Of a stretch of DNA of 64,000 nucleotides, positions 8,857 to 18,688 are shown in pieces; the stretch's first letter is position 1; the number at the start of each line of letters is the position of its first letter. The position numbers and the translations under genes are program-made. This DNA is from Endomicrobiales bacterium. GTDB taxonomy: Bacteria > Elusimicrobiota > Endomicrobiia > Endomicrobiales > JALOBY01. The notes under the pieces are model-generated. The model had not been told where the DNA came from. It ran no database searches and worked only from the letters and a program-made list of their open reading frames with translations. The DNA lies in assembly GCA_963796955.1 (NCBI GenBank), contig CAWCNJ010000008.1:96001-160000 (forward strand), read 5' to 3'.

Positions 8857-10200
8857 ATGGAACAAACGGACTTTTTAAAAAGCAGGGCGGAAAATCCGGC
8901 GCTTGCGCCGCTTGCACGGCGTATGTCGCCGCAGACGCTGGAAGAATATGCCGGCCAGGAACACATTCTTGGGACCGGAAAACTGCTGCGCAGAACCATA
9001 GAGGCAGACCGGCTGAATTCGGTTATATTTTACGGGCCCCCGGGAACGGGAAAAAGCGCATTAGCGCGGATCATAGCACGTACCACACGGTCGCACTTTG
9101 TTGAGACTAACGCGGTAACGATCGGTATCGAGGACGTAAGGCGCATCATTAAAGAAGCGACGGCGCGCCTGGAAACCGAAGGTAAAAAGACGACGCTGCT
9201 GCTCGACGAGATACACCATTTTAATAAAACCCAGCAGGACGCGCTTTTGCCGCACGTGGAACGCGGGCTGATAACGCTTATCGGTATAACTACCGAGAAC
9301 CCGTTCTTTTATGTGAACGCGGCATTGATATCGCGCTCCACGCTGTTCGAATTTAAGGCGCTCGACCAGAAAAATCTTGAAGGAATAATCGATCGGGCTT
9401 TGACCGATGAGAAGCTGGGTCTGGGCAACCAGAAAGTCGAGATCACAAAAGAAGCGAAAGAACATTTGCTGAAGAATGCCGGTGGCGACGGAAGACGATT
9501 GCTGAATGCGCTTGAAGTAGGCGCGCTTTCAACACCCCGGTCAAAAGACGGGATCGTTCATTTTACTCTCGAAGTTGCTGAGGAGTCCCTGCAGCGTCGC
9601 GCTTTGCTGTATGATAAATCCAGCGATGAGCATTACGACCACGCCTCGGCTTTTATAAAGTCTATGCGTGGTTCCGACCCTGATGCCGCGCTGTATTGGA
9701 TGGCAAAGATGCTGGCAGCCGGAGAGGATCCGCGGTTCATTGCGCGCCGCATCGTTATCTGTGCCAGTGAAGACGTCGGTAACGCCGATCCGCACGCGTT
9801 GATGCTGGCGGTAGCCGCGTTGAACGCCGTTGAGTTCGTAGGGATGCCCGAGGCCAGGATAGTTCTGGGGCAGATAGTAACCTACATCTCCGGTGCTCCA
9901 AAATCGAATGCTGCGTATCTGGGGATAGATAAGGCAATGAGCGAAGTACATAACGGACCGGCACGCCCGGTCCCGTTGCATTTGCGTGATGCTAGCATGG
10001 ACGGTAAAGCCAGGGGACACGGGAAAGGCTATAAATATCCGCACGATTTTCCAGGACACTACACGCAGCAGGTTTATTGGCCGGACCCGGTAACGCTATA
10101 TGAGCCAACGGAGCAGGGGTATGAAGCAAAAATACGCGAGCGACTCAATGCAAGAGGCAAAACAGTTGCTGCGAAAACAGAAACGGCAAAAAAGGGATAA
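8857..10200 (+). CDS. rarA: Replication-associated recombination protein A (RarA/MgsA AAA+ ATPase)
   Basis: APLARRM, GPPGTGKS, LLDEIHHFNKTQQDALLP, SAFIKSMRGSDPDA, SEDVGNADP, YKYPHD; the ORF extension to 8716 is MITE sequence. Confidence 0.93.
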   Translation: MEQTDFLKSRAENPALAPLARRMSPQTLEEYAGQEHILGTGKLLRRTIEADRLNSVIFYGPPGTGKSALARIIARTTRSHFVETNAVTIGIEDVRRIIKEATARLETEGKKTTLLLDEIHHFNKTQQDALLPHVERGLITLIGITTENPFFYVNAALISRSTLFEFKALDQKNLEGIIDRALTDEKLGLGNQKVEITKEAKEHLLKNAGGDGRRLLNALEVGALSTPRSKDGIVHFTLEVAEESLQRRALLYDKSSDEHYDHASAFIKSMRGSDPDAALYWMAKMLAAGEDPRFIARRIVICASEDVGNADPHALMLAVAALNAVEFVGMPEARIVLGQIVTYISGAPKSNAAYLGIDKAMSEVHNGPARPVPLHLRDASMDGKARGHGKGYKYPHDFPGHYTQQVYWPDPVTLYEPTEQGYEAKIRERLNARGKTVAAKTETAKKG

Positions 10201-10762
10201 CCTTTGTAAGGCGCTCAGAACACGTTGCAGCAAAAGGATATTTCACCGCCTTATAAAGTTGAAGGAATATAAAGACGCAAGAACGGTAATGTTTTACCTG
10301 ACGTACGGTTCTGAAGTCATGACGGAGCAAATGATAGAAGCCGCGTTGAATGCCGGTAAAAAAGTGGTCCTGCCGGTCGTAAAAGGGCCCGGGAAGATGT
10401 GTGCGGCTCGCATAAGAGAACTGGACAGTTGTGTGCGTAAGTCTGTCCTTGGGACAATGGAGCCGGACATGACCAAGGGAAAGTGCCCGCGGGTTGCACC
10501 GGCAAAGATAGATCTGGTGATAGTACCCGGAGTAAGTTTCAGCAAAGCCGGTTGCCGGCTGGGTTATGGAAAAGGTTTTTATGACAAATGGCTTTCACAA
10601 TTCGATGCTGGAAAGCGGGTCGGGATCGCATTCAGTTGTCAGCTTTCAAAAGAAGTGCCTTTAGAGCCGCACGATGAACGCGTTGGTGTCGTGATAACAG
10701 AGAAAGAAACGATCCGTATCGATCAGTACATAATGCAAAAGGGAGTAACTGGAAATGCTTGA
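10148..10762 (+). CDS. ygfA: 5-formyltetrahydrofolate cyclo-ligase
   Basis: KQLLRK N-terminus, [31 protein letters not shown]; start uncertain (overlaps rarA 3' end). Confidence 0.92.
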   Translation: MQEAKQLLRKQKRQKRDNLCKALRTRCSKRIFHRLIKLKEYKDARTVMFYLTYGSEVMTEQMIEAALNAGKKVVLPVVKGPGKMCAARIRELDSCVRKSVLGTMEPDMTKGKCPRVAPAKIDLVIVPGVSFSKAGCRLGYGKGFYDKWLSQFDAGKRVGIAFSCQLSKEVPLEPHDERVGVVITEKETIRIDQYIMQKGVTGNA

Positions 10763-12314
10763 AATCATTATCACCGCAATTGTCGCATTGCTTGTGGGCA
10801 TCGGGGCAGGTTATATTATCCGCTCGATGTACGCGAAATACCAGGTAAAGACCGCAGAGAACGTTGCCGAGAAGTTGTTGTCTGACGCGAAGAACCAGGC
10901 GGAGGCGAAGAAAAGGGAAGGGCTGCTTGAAGTAAAAGAAACGATGGAAAAGGAGCGCCGCGAGTTTGAAAAAGAGACGCGCGAACGACGCCTTGAATTG
11001 CAAAACTTTGAACGCCGGCTGAACCAGCGCGAAGAAACCCTGGACCGCCGGCTTGAAGGCCTTGATAAAAAAGACCGCGACCTGCAGCAATCGCAGAAGA
11101 ACATAGCCGCCAAAGAGGCCGACCTTACCGCCAAACTGACCGAGGTGCAGTCTGCCCGTGAAGAGCAGCGCAAACTGCTGGAACGTATTTCAGGGATATC
11201 CGGTGAAGAGGCTAAAAAATTATTGTTGCAGTCGTACGAAGATGACGCCCGCCGAGACGGCGCTCTGCTTGCCAAACGCATTGAACAGGAAGCTAAAGAG
11301 AACGCCGAACGAAAGGCTAAAGAAGTTCTTGCCGTTGCCATCCAACGTGTGGCCGCCGAGCATACCGCCGATGTGACCGTCTCGACGGTGCCTATCACAA
11401 ACGATGAAATGAAAGGCCGCATAATCGGACGCGAAGGCCGCAACATACGCGCCTTTGAACAAGCGACCGGTGTTGACCTTATCATCGACGATACCCCCGA
11501 GGCTCTGACTATTTCTGCTTTTGACGGCGTCCGCCGCGAAGTGGCCCGTATCTCCCTTGAACGTCTTATTGCCGACGGCAGGATACACCCTGCCCGCATT
11601 GAAGAGGTCGTGACCAAAGTGCAGAAAGAAATGGAAAACACGCTTAAGGAAGTCGGAGAACAGGCAGCGCTTGAAGCAGGCGTGCCGGGCCTTAACCCTG
11701 AAATACTACGCCTTCTCGGTAAACTTAAGTTCCGTACGTCATACGGCCAGAACCAGCTGCAGCATACGCTTGAGGTTACCTGGCTCGCCGGGACGCTAGC
11801 CGGCGAGATGGGCGCCGACATCGCGTTCTCCAAACGAGCGGCCCTTATGCACGACGTAGGTAAAGCCGTTGACCACGATATGGAAGGTACACATCATCAG
11901 ATATCGGCGGACATGGCTAAGAAATTCGGCGAATCACCGAAGATGATCAATGCGATCCTTGCCCACCACGAAGGCGTGGCGGTGCCGGAAAGCGTGGAAG
12001 CCTTTATAGTCGCTGCCGCCGACGCGATATCCGCCGCACGCCCCGGCGCGCGCAGAGAATCAATGGAGCATTACCTTAAACGTATTGAGAAACTGGAAAA
12101 AGTTGCCACGGGGTTCCGGGGCGTTTCTTCGGCGTATGCCATTCAGGCGGGCCGCGAAGTGCGCATTCTGGTTGAACCCGACGATATAAATGATGCTCAG
12201 GCGCAAATACTGGCGAAAGATATCGCGCGCAAGGTTGAGCAGGAACTTGAATATCCCGGTCAGATAAAAATAACGGTTATTCGTGAGACTCGCGCCCAGG
12301 ATGTGGCAAAATAA
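10755..12314 (+). CDS. rny: Ribonuclease Y
   Basis: N-terminal TM, coiled coil, KH domain ([13 protein letters not shown]), HD domain (MHDVGK), YAIQAGRE. Confidence 0.97.
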   Translation: MLEIIITAIVALLVGIGAGYIIRSMYAKYQVKTAENVAEKLLSDAKNQAEAKKREGLLEVKETMEKERREFEKETRERRLELQNFERRLNQREETLDRRLEGLDKKDRDLQQSQKNIAAKEADLTAKLTEVQSAREEQRKLLERISGISGEEAKKLLLQSYEDDARRDGALLAKRIEQEAKENAERKAKEVLAVAIQRVAAEHTADVTVSTVPITNDEMKGRIIGREGRNIRAFEQATGVDLIIDDTPEALTISAFDGVRREVARISLERLIADGRIHPARIEEVVTKVQKEMENTLKEVGEQAALEAGVPGLNPEILRLLGKLKFRTSYGQNQLQHTLEVTWLAGTLAGEMGADIAFSKRAALMHDVGKAVDHDMEGTHHQISADMAKKFGESPKMINAILAHHEGVAVPESVEAFIVAAADAISAARPGARRESMEHYLKRIEKLEKVATGFRGVSSAYAIQAGREVRILVEPDDINDAQAQILAKDIARKVEQELEYPGQIKITVIRETRAQDVAK

Positions 12315-12318
12315 TTTA

Positions 12319-13587
12319 ATGGAACGAACGGCAGAAAATATTCCCGGAAGGAAGGTCTATTCTGTCGGCGAACTGAACCGGGAGATAAAGGTTATACTTA
12401 ACGACGTATACCCGGATGTCTGGGTGAAGGGTGAGGTCTCGAACTTCAAAACCTATCCTTCAGGCCACCTGTACTTTTCCCTGAAGGACGCCGAAGGCCA
12501 GATATCGGCCGTGATCTTCAGCGGCGCCAGACGATTTAAACTGGAAGACGGACTTTGCGTTATCGCCCACGGCAAGATAGATGTATATCCGCCGAGGGGA
12601 AATTACCAGTTCATTATCTCGGAGATAGAGCCCGCGGGTAAAGGCGCTCTGCAGCTCGCCTTTGAGCAGCTGAAGGCGAAGCTTGAAAACGAAGGTTTGT
12701 TCGCGGCTGAGCGCAAACGCCCGATACCGGCATTCGTTCAAAGGATCGGCATCGTAACATCCCGCACCGGCGCCGCGCTGCATGATATTTTAACGGTGAT
12801 AGAGCGGCGCTTCGCTAATGTTCAGATACTGATCTATCCGGTGCGCGTGCAGGGTGATGAAGCAAAATATGAAATCGTTGAGGCCATTGAATACCTTAAC
12901 CGGTCTCACCCGGAACTTGAAGTCCTTCTGGTAGGCAGAGGCGGCGGCTCTTACGAAGACCTCTGGGCCTTCAATGAAGAAATGGTCGCGAGGGCTATCA
13001 GCTCATCAACGATCCCGGTTATTTCGTGCGTCGGCCATGAAGTTGATTTCACCATCGCCGATTTCGTCGCCGACCTTCGGGCTCCTACGCCTTCAGCCGC
13101 GGCAGAGTTGGTAGTAAAGAACAAAGCCGATGTATCCCGTCATCTTGAGCAGCTTTCCGGGCGGCTGAACTTGGCCTGGAGCAGTGTTTACAATGATCGT
13201 ACACGTCGCCTGCAAAATTCTGCCACAAGCCGCGCGATGTCCAGGCCTCAGGAGATATTCGAAGAGCGCATGCAGCAGCTGGATCACGTTATGCAAAACA
13301 TGATCAGCCGGCAAAATATGCTTGTTGAACGTGGAACTCATCGCTTGAGCCTTTTCTCTTCGCAGCTCGACATTCTTTCGCCGCTGTCTACGGTAAAGCG
13401 CGGTTATGCAGTTTGCAGAGATCAAAATAACAGTATTGTTACTTCGACGCGGCAGCTGCATACAGGCTCGATAGTGTCACTCGGATTCAAAGAGGGGAAG
13501 GCCTCAGCGACTATTGAAACCTTGGATCATAACGGGAGTATTTCCGCCCCCGCCGAAGAACATACCCGACAAATGTCGGGGGATTAG
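12319..13587 (+). CDS. xseA: Exodeoxyribonuclease VII large subunit
   Basis: SGHLYFSLKD, GRGGGSYEDLWAFNEE, VGHEVDFTIADFVADLRAPTPSAAAE, LSPLSTVKRGY. Confidence 0.96.
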   Translation: MERTAENIPGRKVYSVGELNREIKVILNDVYPDVWVKGEVSNFKTYPSGHLYFSLKDAEGQISAVIFSGARRFKLEDGLCVIAHGKIDVYPPRGNYQFIISEIEPAGKGALQLAFEQLKAKLENEGLFAAERKRPIPAFVQRIGIVTSRTGAALHDILTVIERRFANVQILIYPVRVQGDEAKYEIVEAIEYLNRSHPELEVLLVGRGGGSYEDLWAFNEEMVARAISSSTIPVISCVGHEVDFTIADFVADLRAPTPSAAAELVVKNKADVSRHLEQLSGRLNLAWSSVYNDRTRRLQNSATSRAMSRPQEIFEERMQQLDHVMQNMISRQNMLVERGTHRLSLFSSQLDILSPLSTVKRGYAVCRDQNNSIVTSTRQLHTGSIVSLGFKEGKASATIETLDHNGSISAPAEEHTRQMSGD

Positions 13588-13660
13588 AGACGTTCCCGCA
13601 CGGCGCGGGGATGCGTATACAAATATTTAGGAGCCTTCGGCTCCGGACGGGAGGTGCTCC
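13535..13660 (+). other. Multi-branch structured element at the xseA-xseB junction
   Basis: 11-bp closing stem 13535-13545/13650-13660 enclosing hairpins at 13565-13580, 13591-13613 and 13630-13644. Confidence 0.55.
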
Positions 13661-13909
13661 ATGAAAAAGAAAATTAATTTTGAAGAATCGCTCGCAAGGC
13701 TTGAGGAGATAGTTTCTCTTATGGAAAGATCTGACCTCGACCTTGAAAAGTCTTTGTCGTTATTCGAAGAAGGAATAAAACTGGTCCACTTCTGCAGTTC
13801 TAAGCTCAATGAAACGAAGAAAAAGATTGAGATATTGGTAAAAGAATCCGGGAAAATATCCGCAGAGCCATTTGAGACCAAGGAAGATGACGATGAAGCA
13901 GGCCGCTGA
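13661..13909 (+). CDS. xseB: Exodeoxyribonuclease VII small subunit
   Basis: FEESLARLEEIV..LEKSLSLFEEGIKL..C..KL. Confidence 0.95.
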   Translation: MKKKINFEESLARLEEIVSLMERSDLDLEKSLSLFEEGIKLVHFCSSKLNETKKKIEILVKESGKISAEPFETKEDDDEAGR

Positions 13910-14804
13910 CGGTTTTCTGCGATATCTTGAGGATTGCACAAATTTGATAAACGCCCGGTTGAAGTCGTATGTCTCGGCGAATAGGTCGCCTCTTTCGAAG
14001 GCGATGTCCTATTCCCTTCTTGCGGGGGGCAAACGCCTGCGGCCGATGCTGGTGCTGGAGGCGGCGCGCCTGTGCGGTGGAAAGAAAGCCGATGTTCAGC
14101 CTGCCGCGCTGGCCCTTGAATTCATCCATACCTATTCATTAATTCACGACGACCTGCCCGCGATGGATAACGACGACCTGCGCCGCGGTAAACCGACCTC
14201 ACATAAAAAATTCGATGAATCTACGGCGATCCTGGCGGGTGATGCGTTGTTGACCGATGCCTTTGCCCTGGTTGCCACATGTGCCCGCTCCAAGCGGGTT
14301 AAGGCAGGGGATGTGGTGAAAGCGATCGAGGTCTTATCGCTATTTTCAGGCAGTAACGGCATGGTGGGCGGCCAGATGCAAGACACCGCCGAGACCGGAA
14401 GCTGGACAAAAAAATCCCGTAAACGCAACGCAGATAACTTGAATTATATCCATTTGAATAAGACGGCGGCCTTGCTGCGGGCCAGTCTGCAGGTGGGCGC
14501 GTTGATCTCAGGAGCGGATACAAGACAGGTCAAGGCTCTGGATGAATACGGAAAGCATATCGGTATTGCCTTTCAGATTGCCGATGATATCCTCGATGTG
14601 ACCGGCGATAAAAAACTTCTCGGCAAGAAGGGCAGCGACAGGGAAAATAACAAACTTACCTACGTCTCATTGTTCGGTCTGGAAAAAGCGCGTACCGACG
14701 CCGCCGGGCATATATGCCGTGCAAAAAGTGCGCTTCGTGCCTTCGGCAATGAAAAAATAATTCTTGAACAACTAGCAGATTATATAATCAACCGCGACCA
14801 TTAA
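13887..14804 (+). CDS. ispA: Farnesyl/geranyl diphosphate synthase
   Basis: GGKRLRP, HTYSLIHDDLPAMDNDDLRRGKPT, FQIADDILD; start 13887 or 13893. Confidence 0.95.
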   Translation: MTMKQAADGFLRYLEDCTNLINARLKSYVSANRSPLSKAMSYSLLAGGKRLRPMLVLEAARLCGGKKADVQPAALALEFIHTYSLIHDDLPAMDNDDLRRGKPTSHKKFDESTAILAGDALLTDAFALVATCARSKRVKAGDVVKAIEVLSLFSGSNGMVGGQMQDTAETGSWTKKSRKRNADNLNYIHLNKTAALLRASLQVGALISGADTRQVKALDEYGKHIGIAFQIADDILDVTGDKKLLGKKGSDRENNKLTYVSLFGLEKARTDAAGHICRAKSALRAFGNEKIILEQLADYIINRDH

Positions 14805-14817
14805 ACAAAGGCGAACT

Positions 14818-16665
14818 ATGGCAACTATACTTGACAAGATCAACGCTCCACAGGACTTGCGCATCATTAAGAAGGAACTCCTCGGCCAATTGTCCCAGGA
14901 GATCCGTGAAGAGATCATACAGACCGTTTCTCAGACCGGCGGACACCTTGCCTCTTCTCTTGGGGCCGTTGAAATAGCGGTCGCGCTGCATTACGTTTAC
15001 AATTCACCGACCGATAAAATTATCTGGGATGTGGGCCATCAGGCGTACGCGCACAAGCTGCTGACCGGACGGCGTAATACGTTCAAGACACAGCGTACGT
15101 TCGGCGGCTTAAGCGGCTTTCCGAAAAGAACTGAATCGGAACACGATGTGTTCGGTACCGGCCATTCCTCTACTTCTATTTCTGCAGCGCTTGGCATGGC
15201 TGCGGCCCGCGATATGAAAGGCGGCGATAATAAAGTCGTGGCGGTCATCGGCGACGGCTCTATGACCAGCGGTTTATCTTTTGAAGGAATGCAGAACGTC
15301 GGACATCTCGGTTCGGACATGCTGGTGGTGCTTAACGACAATGAAATGTTCATTTCGCACCGGGTCGGGGCGCTGGCGGCGTATTTTGCAAAACTTACCA
15401 CCGGCGGTCTCTTCAAGAACTTCGAGCATCGCGTTGAAGATTTTTTCAAGCGGATGCATTTTTGGGGATCGCAGCTGCTGCGCGTGGCGAAACGTTTTAA
15501 GGTGCTGTTGTTCCCGGGCATGCTCTTTGAAGAAATGGGCTTTTCTTATCTCGGTCCTGTCGACGGGCACGATGTGCACGCATTGATCGAAATACTCTCT
15601 AATGTTAAGAAGTTGAAGGGCCCCGTGCTTTTGCACGTTATCACAAAAAAAGGCAAGGGTTACAAACCCGCCGAGAGCGAACCCACAAAATTCCACGGTG
15701 TAGGGCGATTCAACATAATAACCGGTGAACCTGAGGCAGGCAAAGGCGGAGGTTTCACAAAGGTGTTCGGCTCTACATTGCAGCGCCTTGCCAGAGCTGA
15801 TGAACGGATCGTGGCCGTTACCGCCGCAATGTCCGAAGGCACCGGCCTGGCCGATTTTGCGAAAGAATTCCCGAAGCGTACGTTCGATGTCGGCATCGCC
15901 GAAGGACATGCCCTGACCTTCGCGGCAGGTCTTGCAGCCGACGGTATTAAGCCGGTCGTTGCTATTTATTCAACGTTCCTGCAGCGCAGCGTTGATCAGA
16001 TCATACACGATATCGCTTTGCAAAAACTACCGGTCATAATGGCTATAGACCGCGCCGGCCTTGTGGGCGAGGACGGGGCGACGCATCACGGTGCTTTTGA
16101 CCTCTCCTATTTGCGCTATGTTCCGGATCTTGCGATAATGGCGCCTGCAGATGAAAATGAATTACAGCACATGTTATTTACCGCGGTCGGGCTGAATGTG
16201 CCGGTCGCTATCCGTTATCCCAGGGGCACATCGGGATCGGTAACTCCCATGGACAAAGAGCTCAAAGCGCTGCCGTTGGGAAGGGCCGAAGTTAAAGTTG
16301 AAGGTAAGGACCTGTATATTCTTGCGATAGGTTCAACCGTTGTTCCGTGTGTCGAGGCCGCCGCGCTGCTTAAGAATAAAGGTATTTCAGCGGGTGTCGT
16401 GAATATGCGCTTTGCAAAACCTCTGGACGTACCGCTGATACAGAAACTTGCCAGGGAGACCGGAAAACTGGTCGTCGTAGAGGAAAATTCTATCATCGGC
16501 GGCCTTTACGGCGCTGTTTGCGAACAAGTTGCCGGCGGCAATACCGCGGTGCTTCCGATAGCGCTGCCGGACCAGTTCGTGGAGCATGGCGCGCAAACCT
16601 TGCTGCGTGACAAATACGGCCTCACGGCTGAGAAGATCGCCTTCGCTGTAGAAAACTGGAAATGA
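14818..16665 (+). CDS. dxs: 1-deoxy-D-xylulose-5-phosphate synthase
   Basis: GGHLASSLG, WDVGHQAY, GHSSTSISA, IGDG..LNDNEM, DRAGLVGEDGATH, IRYPRG. Confidence 0.97.
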   Translation: MATILDKINAPQDLRIIKKELLGQLSQEIREEIIQTVSQTGGHLASSLGAVEIAVALHYVYNSPTDKIIWDVGHQAYAHKLLTGRRNTFKTQRTFGGLSGFPKRTESEHDVFGTGHSSTSISAALGMAAARDMKGGDNKVVAVIGDGSMTSGLSFEGMQNVGHLGSDMLVVLNDNEMFISHRVGALAAYFAKLTTGGLFKNFEHRVEDFFKRMHFWGSQLLRVAKRFKVLLFPGMLFEEMGFSYLGPVDGHDVHALIEILSNVKKLKGPVLLHVITKKGKGYKPAESEPTKFHGVGRFNIITGEPEAGKGGGFTKVFGSTLQRLARADERIVAVTAAMSEGTGLADFAKEFPKRTFDVGIAEGHALTFAAGLAADGIKPVVAIYSTFLQRSVDQIIHDIALQKLPVIMAIDRAGLVGEDGATHHGAFDLSYLRYVPDLAIMAPADENELQHMLFTAVGLNVPVAIRYPRGTSGSVTPMDKELKALPLGRAEVKVEGKDLYILAIGSTVVPCVEAAALLKNKGISAGVVNMRFAKPLDVPLIQKLARETGKLVVVEENSIIGGLYGAVCEQVAGGNTAVLPIALPDQFVEHGAQTLLRDKYGLTAEKIAFAVENWK

Positions 16666-17411
16666 CCCCGCCCAAAGCCGGCAAAATGCGGCTGGATGAG
16701 TTGTTGGTCGCCAGAGGCCTCGCCGAAAATGTCTCCAGAGCGCAGTCACTTATAATGGCGGGCCTGGTAGAGGTTCATGGCGTTCAAAACGCGAAAGCGG
16801 GTCTGTCAGTACCTTCCGACATCATTGTAACCGTAAAAGAACAAATACCCTATGTTTCGCGCGGCGGTCTGAAACTCGAAGGTGCCCTTGATGTTTTCAA
16901 TATTTCAATTACGGGAAGGAACTGTCTCGATGTCGGCGCCTCAACGGGCGGATTTACGGACTGTCTTTTACAGCGCGGTGCCCTCAAAGTCTACGCTGTC
17001 GATGTGGGTCGCGGGCTTATGCATCCCAAGATAGCCAGGGATGCCCGCGTGGTTAACATAGAGAACACTAACTTCCGTAATTTCGACCCTAAAATATTGA
17101 AAGAGCCCGTCGAATTTTGTACAATTGATGTGTCGTTCATCTCGCTTAAGTCTTTGCTGCCGGTGATACAAAAGGCGGTTGCGCCCGGCGGCGAGATTCT
17201 GGCCATGGTAAAACCTCAATTCGAGGTTGGACCAAAGGATCTGGTGAAAGGTGTGGTGCTGGATCCATCGGCGCGGGAACAGGCGATACGCGGCATACAT
17301 GAATGTGCTTTGACGCTCGGTTTTGTTTTTCAAGGGGGGGCCGATTCAAAGTTGCGGGGGCCTCAGGGAAACCTTGAACATTTCCTCTGGTTAAGGACGG
17401 AACGGCGATGA
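16662..17411 (+). CDS. tlyA: TlyA family rRNA 2'-O-methyltransferase
   Basis: RLD S4 domain, YVSRGGLKL, DVGASTGGFTDCLLQRGA, DVSFISL, KPQFE, GNLE. Confidence 0.95.
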   Translation: MTPPKAGKMRLDELLVARGLAENVSRAQSLIMAGLVEVHGVQNAKAGLSVPSDIIVTVKEQIPYVSRGGLKLEGALDVFNISITGRNCLDVGASTGGFTDCLLQRGALKVYAVDVGRGLMHPKIARDARVVNIENTNFRNFDPKILKEPVEFCTIDVSFISLKSLLPVIQKAVAPGGEILAMVKPQFEVGPKDLVKGVVLDPSAREQAIRGIHECALTLGFVFQGGADSKLRGPQGNLEHFLWLRTERR

Positions 17412-18079
17412 AGATCAAACTGCCAAAGATGTTCGGGAAAAAAGGATTTGTTGTTCGCGTAAAGCCAAAACCTGCCGCAGCCAGACCCCCGGAACCCGCT
17501 GCTGATGTCCCTGAAGATACTGATTACTCAAAACGGACTACTCCGGCCCTTATCGCTTCGCTGGGCCATGCGGACCCGTATATGCGTACCGTCGCGGCCG
17601 AGGTGCTTGGCCGCCTGCGGGAAAAACAATCGGTCCAGCCGCTTATCACCGCTCTCAAAGATCATTCAAAACTTGTCCGGGAAAAAACCGCGATAGCGCT
17701 GGGCCATATCGGCGACAAAAATGCGGTTCAACCGCTCATAGAATCACTCAACGATGAAGCGGAGGAAGTACGGGTCACGGTTGCCGGCGTCCTGGGACAC
17801 TTGCGCGACCGCGCCGCCGTGCCGGCTCTCATAACTTCCTTATCAGATCACAGCCCTCAAACCAGGATGAAGGCCGCTATCTCTCTCGGTTTGATCGGAG
17901 ATCCGCTTGCCATTAAACCGCTTTTTGATGCGTTATCAGACGAAAATGAAATGGTACGCAAATACGCCTGCGAAGCACTCGGCAGCCTTGGAAGGCCGGC
18001 GGTATCTGCCTTATTAAAGGCGTTGAAGAATGACCGTGTGCGGGCACACGCGGCACATTCATTGATGAGGTTAAAATGA
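17408..18079 (+). CDS. HEAT-repeat (PBS lyase-like) protein
   Basis: About 31-aa repeats of type L..L.D....VR..AA..LG.IGD..AV..L. Confidence 0.85.
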   Translation: MKIKLPKMFGKKGFVVRVKPKPAAARPPEPAADVPEDTDYSKRTTPALIASLGHADPYMRTVAAEVLGRLREKQSVQPLITALKDHSKLVREKTAIALGHIGDKNAVQPLIESLNDEAEEVRVTVAGVLGHLRDRAAVPALITSLSDHSPQTRMKAAISLGLIGDPLAIKPLFDALSDENEMVRKYACEALGSLGRPAVSALLKALKNDRVRAHAAHSLMRLK

Positions 18080-18681
18080 GCATATTTTCCCGTATCTTCG
18101 GTGGTGAGGCGAACCCGGCGGACCAGTATTTCGGCACTATTTCCACGGCGATAGCTGATTCTATAAATGATGCGGACCCGTTAATTAGAGCGCTGACCAT
18201 CGATCTCGCCGGCCGGCTGAAAGAGGATTCTGTTGTAGACTTACTAATAAAGACCCTGGACGATCCTCTGCATTTTATCCGGCAGAAATCAGCGCAGGCG
18301 CTGGGCGCCATCGGAAGCAAAAAAGCCATTCCACCTCTTATCAAGGCGTTGGAAGATCCATCCGATGAAGTACGTGTTACCGTTGCCGGTGTTCTTGGCT
18401 TCCTGAAAGAAAAGACGGCGGTGCCCGCGTTGCTGAACACGCTGAAAGATCACAGCCCGCATACCCGCATGAAAGCCGCTATCTCGCTTGGTTTTATCGG
18501 TGATCAGCGCGCGATACCCGCCTTGTTCGCGGCTACCCGAGACGATAATGAGCAGGTGCGTAAGTATTCTGTAGAGGCGCTTGGAAGAATAGGGAAGAGT
18601 GCTATCTCAATGTTGCTGGAACTTATAAAAGACGAACGTCTGCGCGACATAGCTACAGAATCACTCATGAAGATAAAATAA
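18076..18681 (+). CDS. HEAT-repeat (PBS lyase-like) protein, paralog of the upstream gene
   Basis: Same repeat; shares EVRVTVAGVLG and DHSP.TRMKAAISLG with 17408..18079. Confidence 0.85.
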   Translation: MSIFSRIFGGEANPADQYFGTISTAIADSINDADPLIRALTIDLAGRLKEDSVVDLLIKTLDDPLHFIRQKSAQALGAIGSKKAIPPLIKALEDPSDEVRVTVAGVLGFLKEKTAVPALLNTLKDHSPHTRMKAAISLGFIGDQRAIPALFAATRDDNEQVRKYSVEALGRIGKSAISMLLELIKDERLRDIATESLMKIK

Positions 18682-18688
18682 GGGAACG

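Noticed and set aside
8600..8999. ORFs 8600..8878 (+), 8688..8999 (-) and the N-terminal extension of rarA from 8716
   Set aside because: They overlap 6S RNA and the MITE-like element; RarA similarity begins after ATG 8857
10811..11833. 340-aa minus-strand ORF
   Set aside because: Antisense shadow of rny; Ser/Arg-rich with no recognisable motif
13551..13600. Glycine riboswitch suggested by CGCCGAAG
   Set aside because: No CTCTCAGG or GGAGA elements, and the gene context does not fit
14803..14817. ANTAR-like loop CAAAGGCG before dxs
   Set aside because: Only one closing base pair and no second hairpin; probably just the SD
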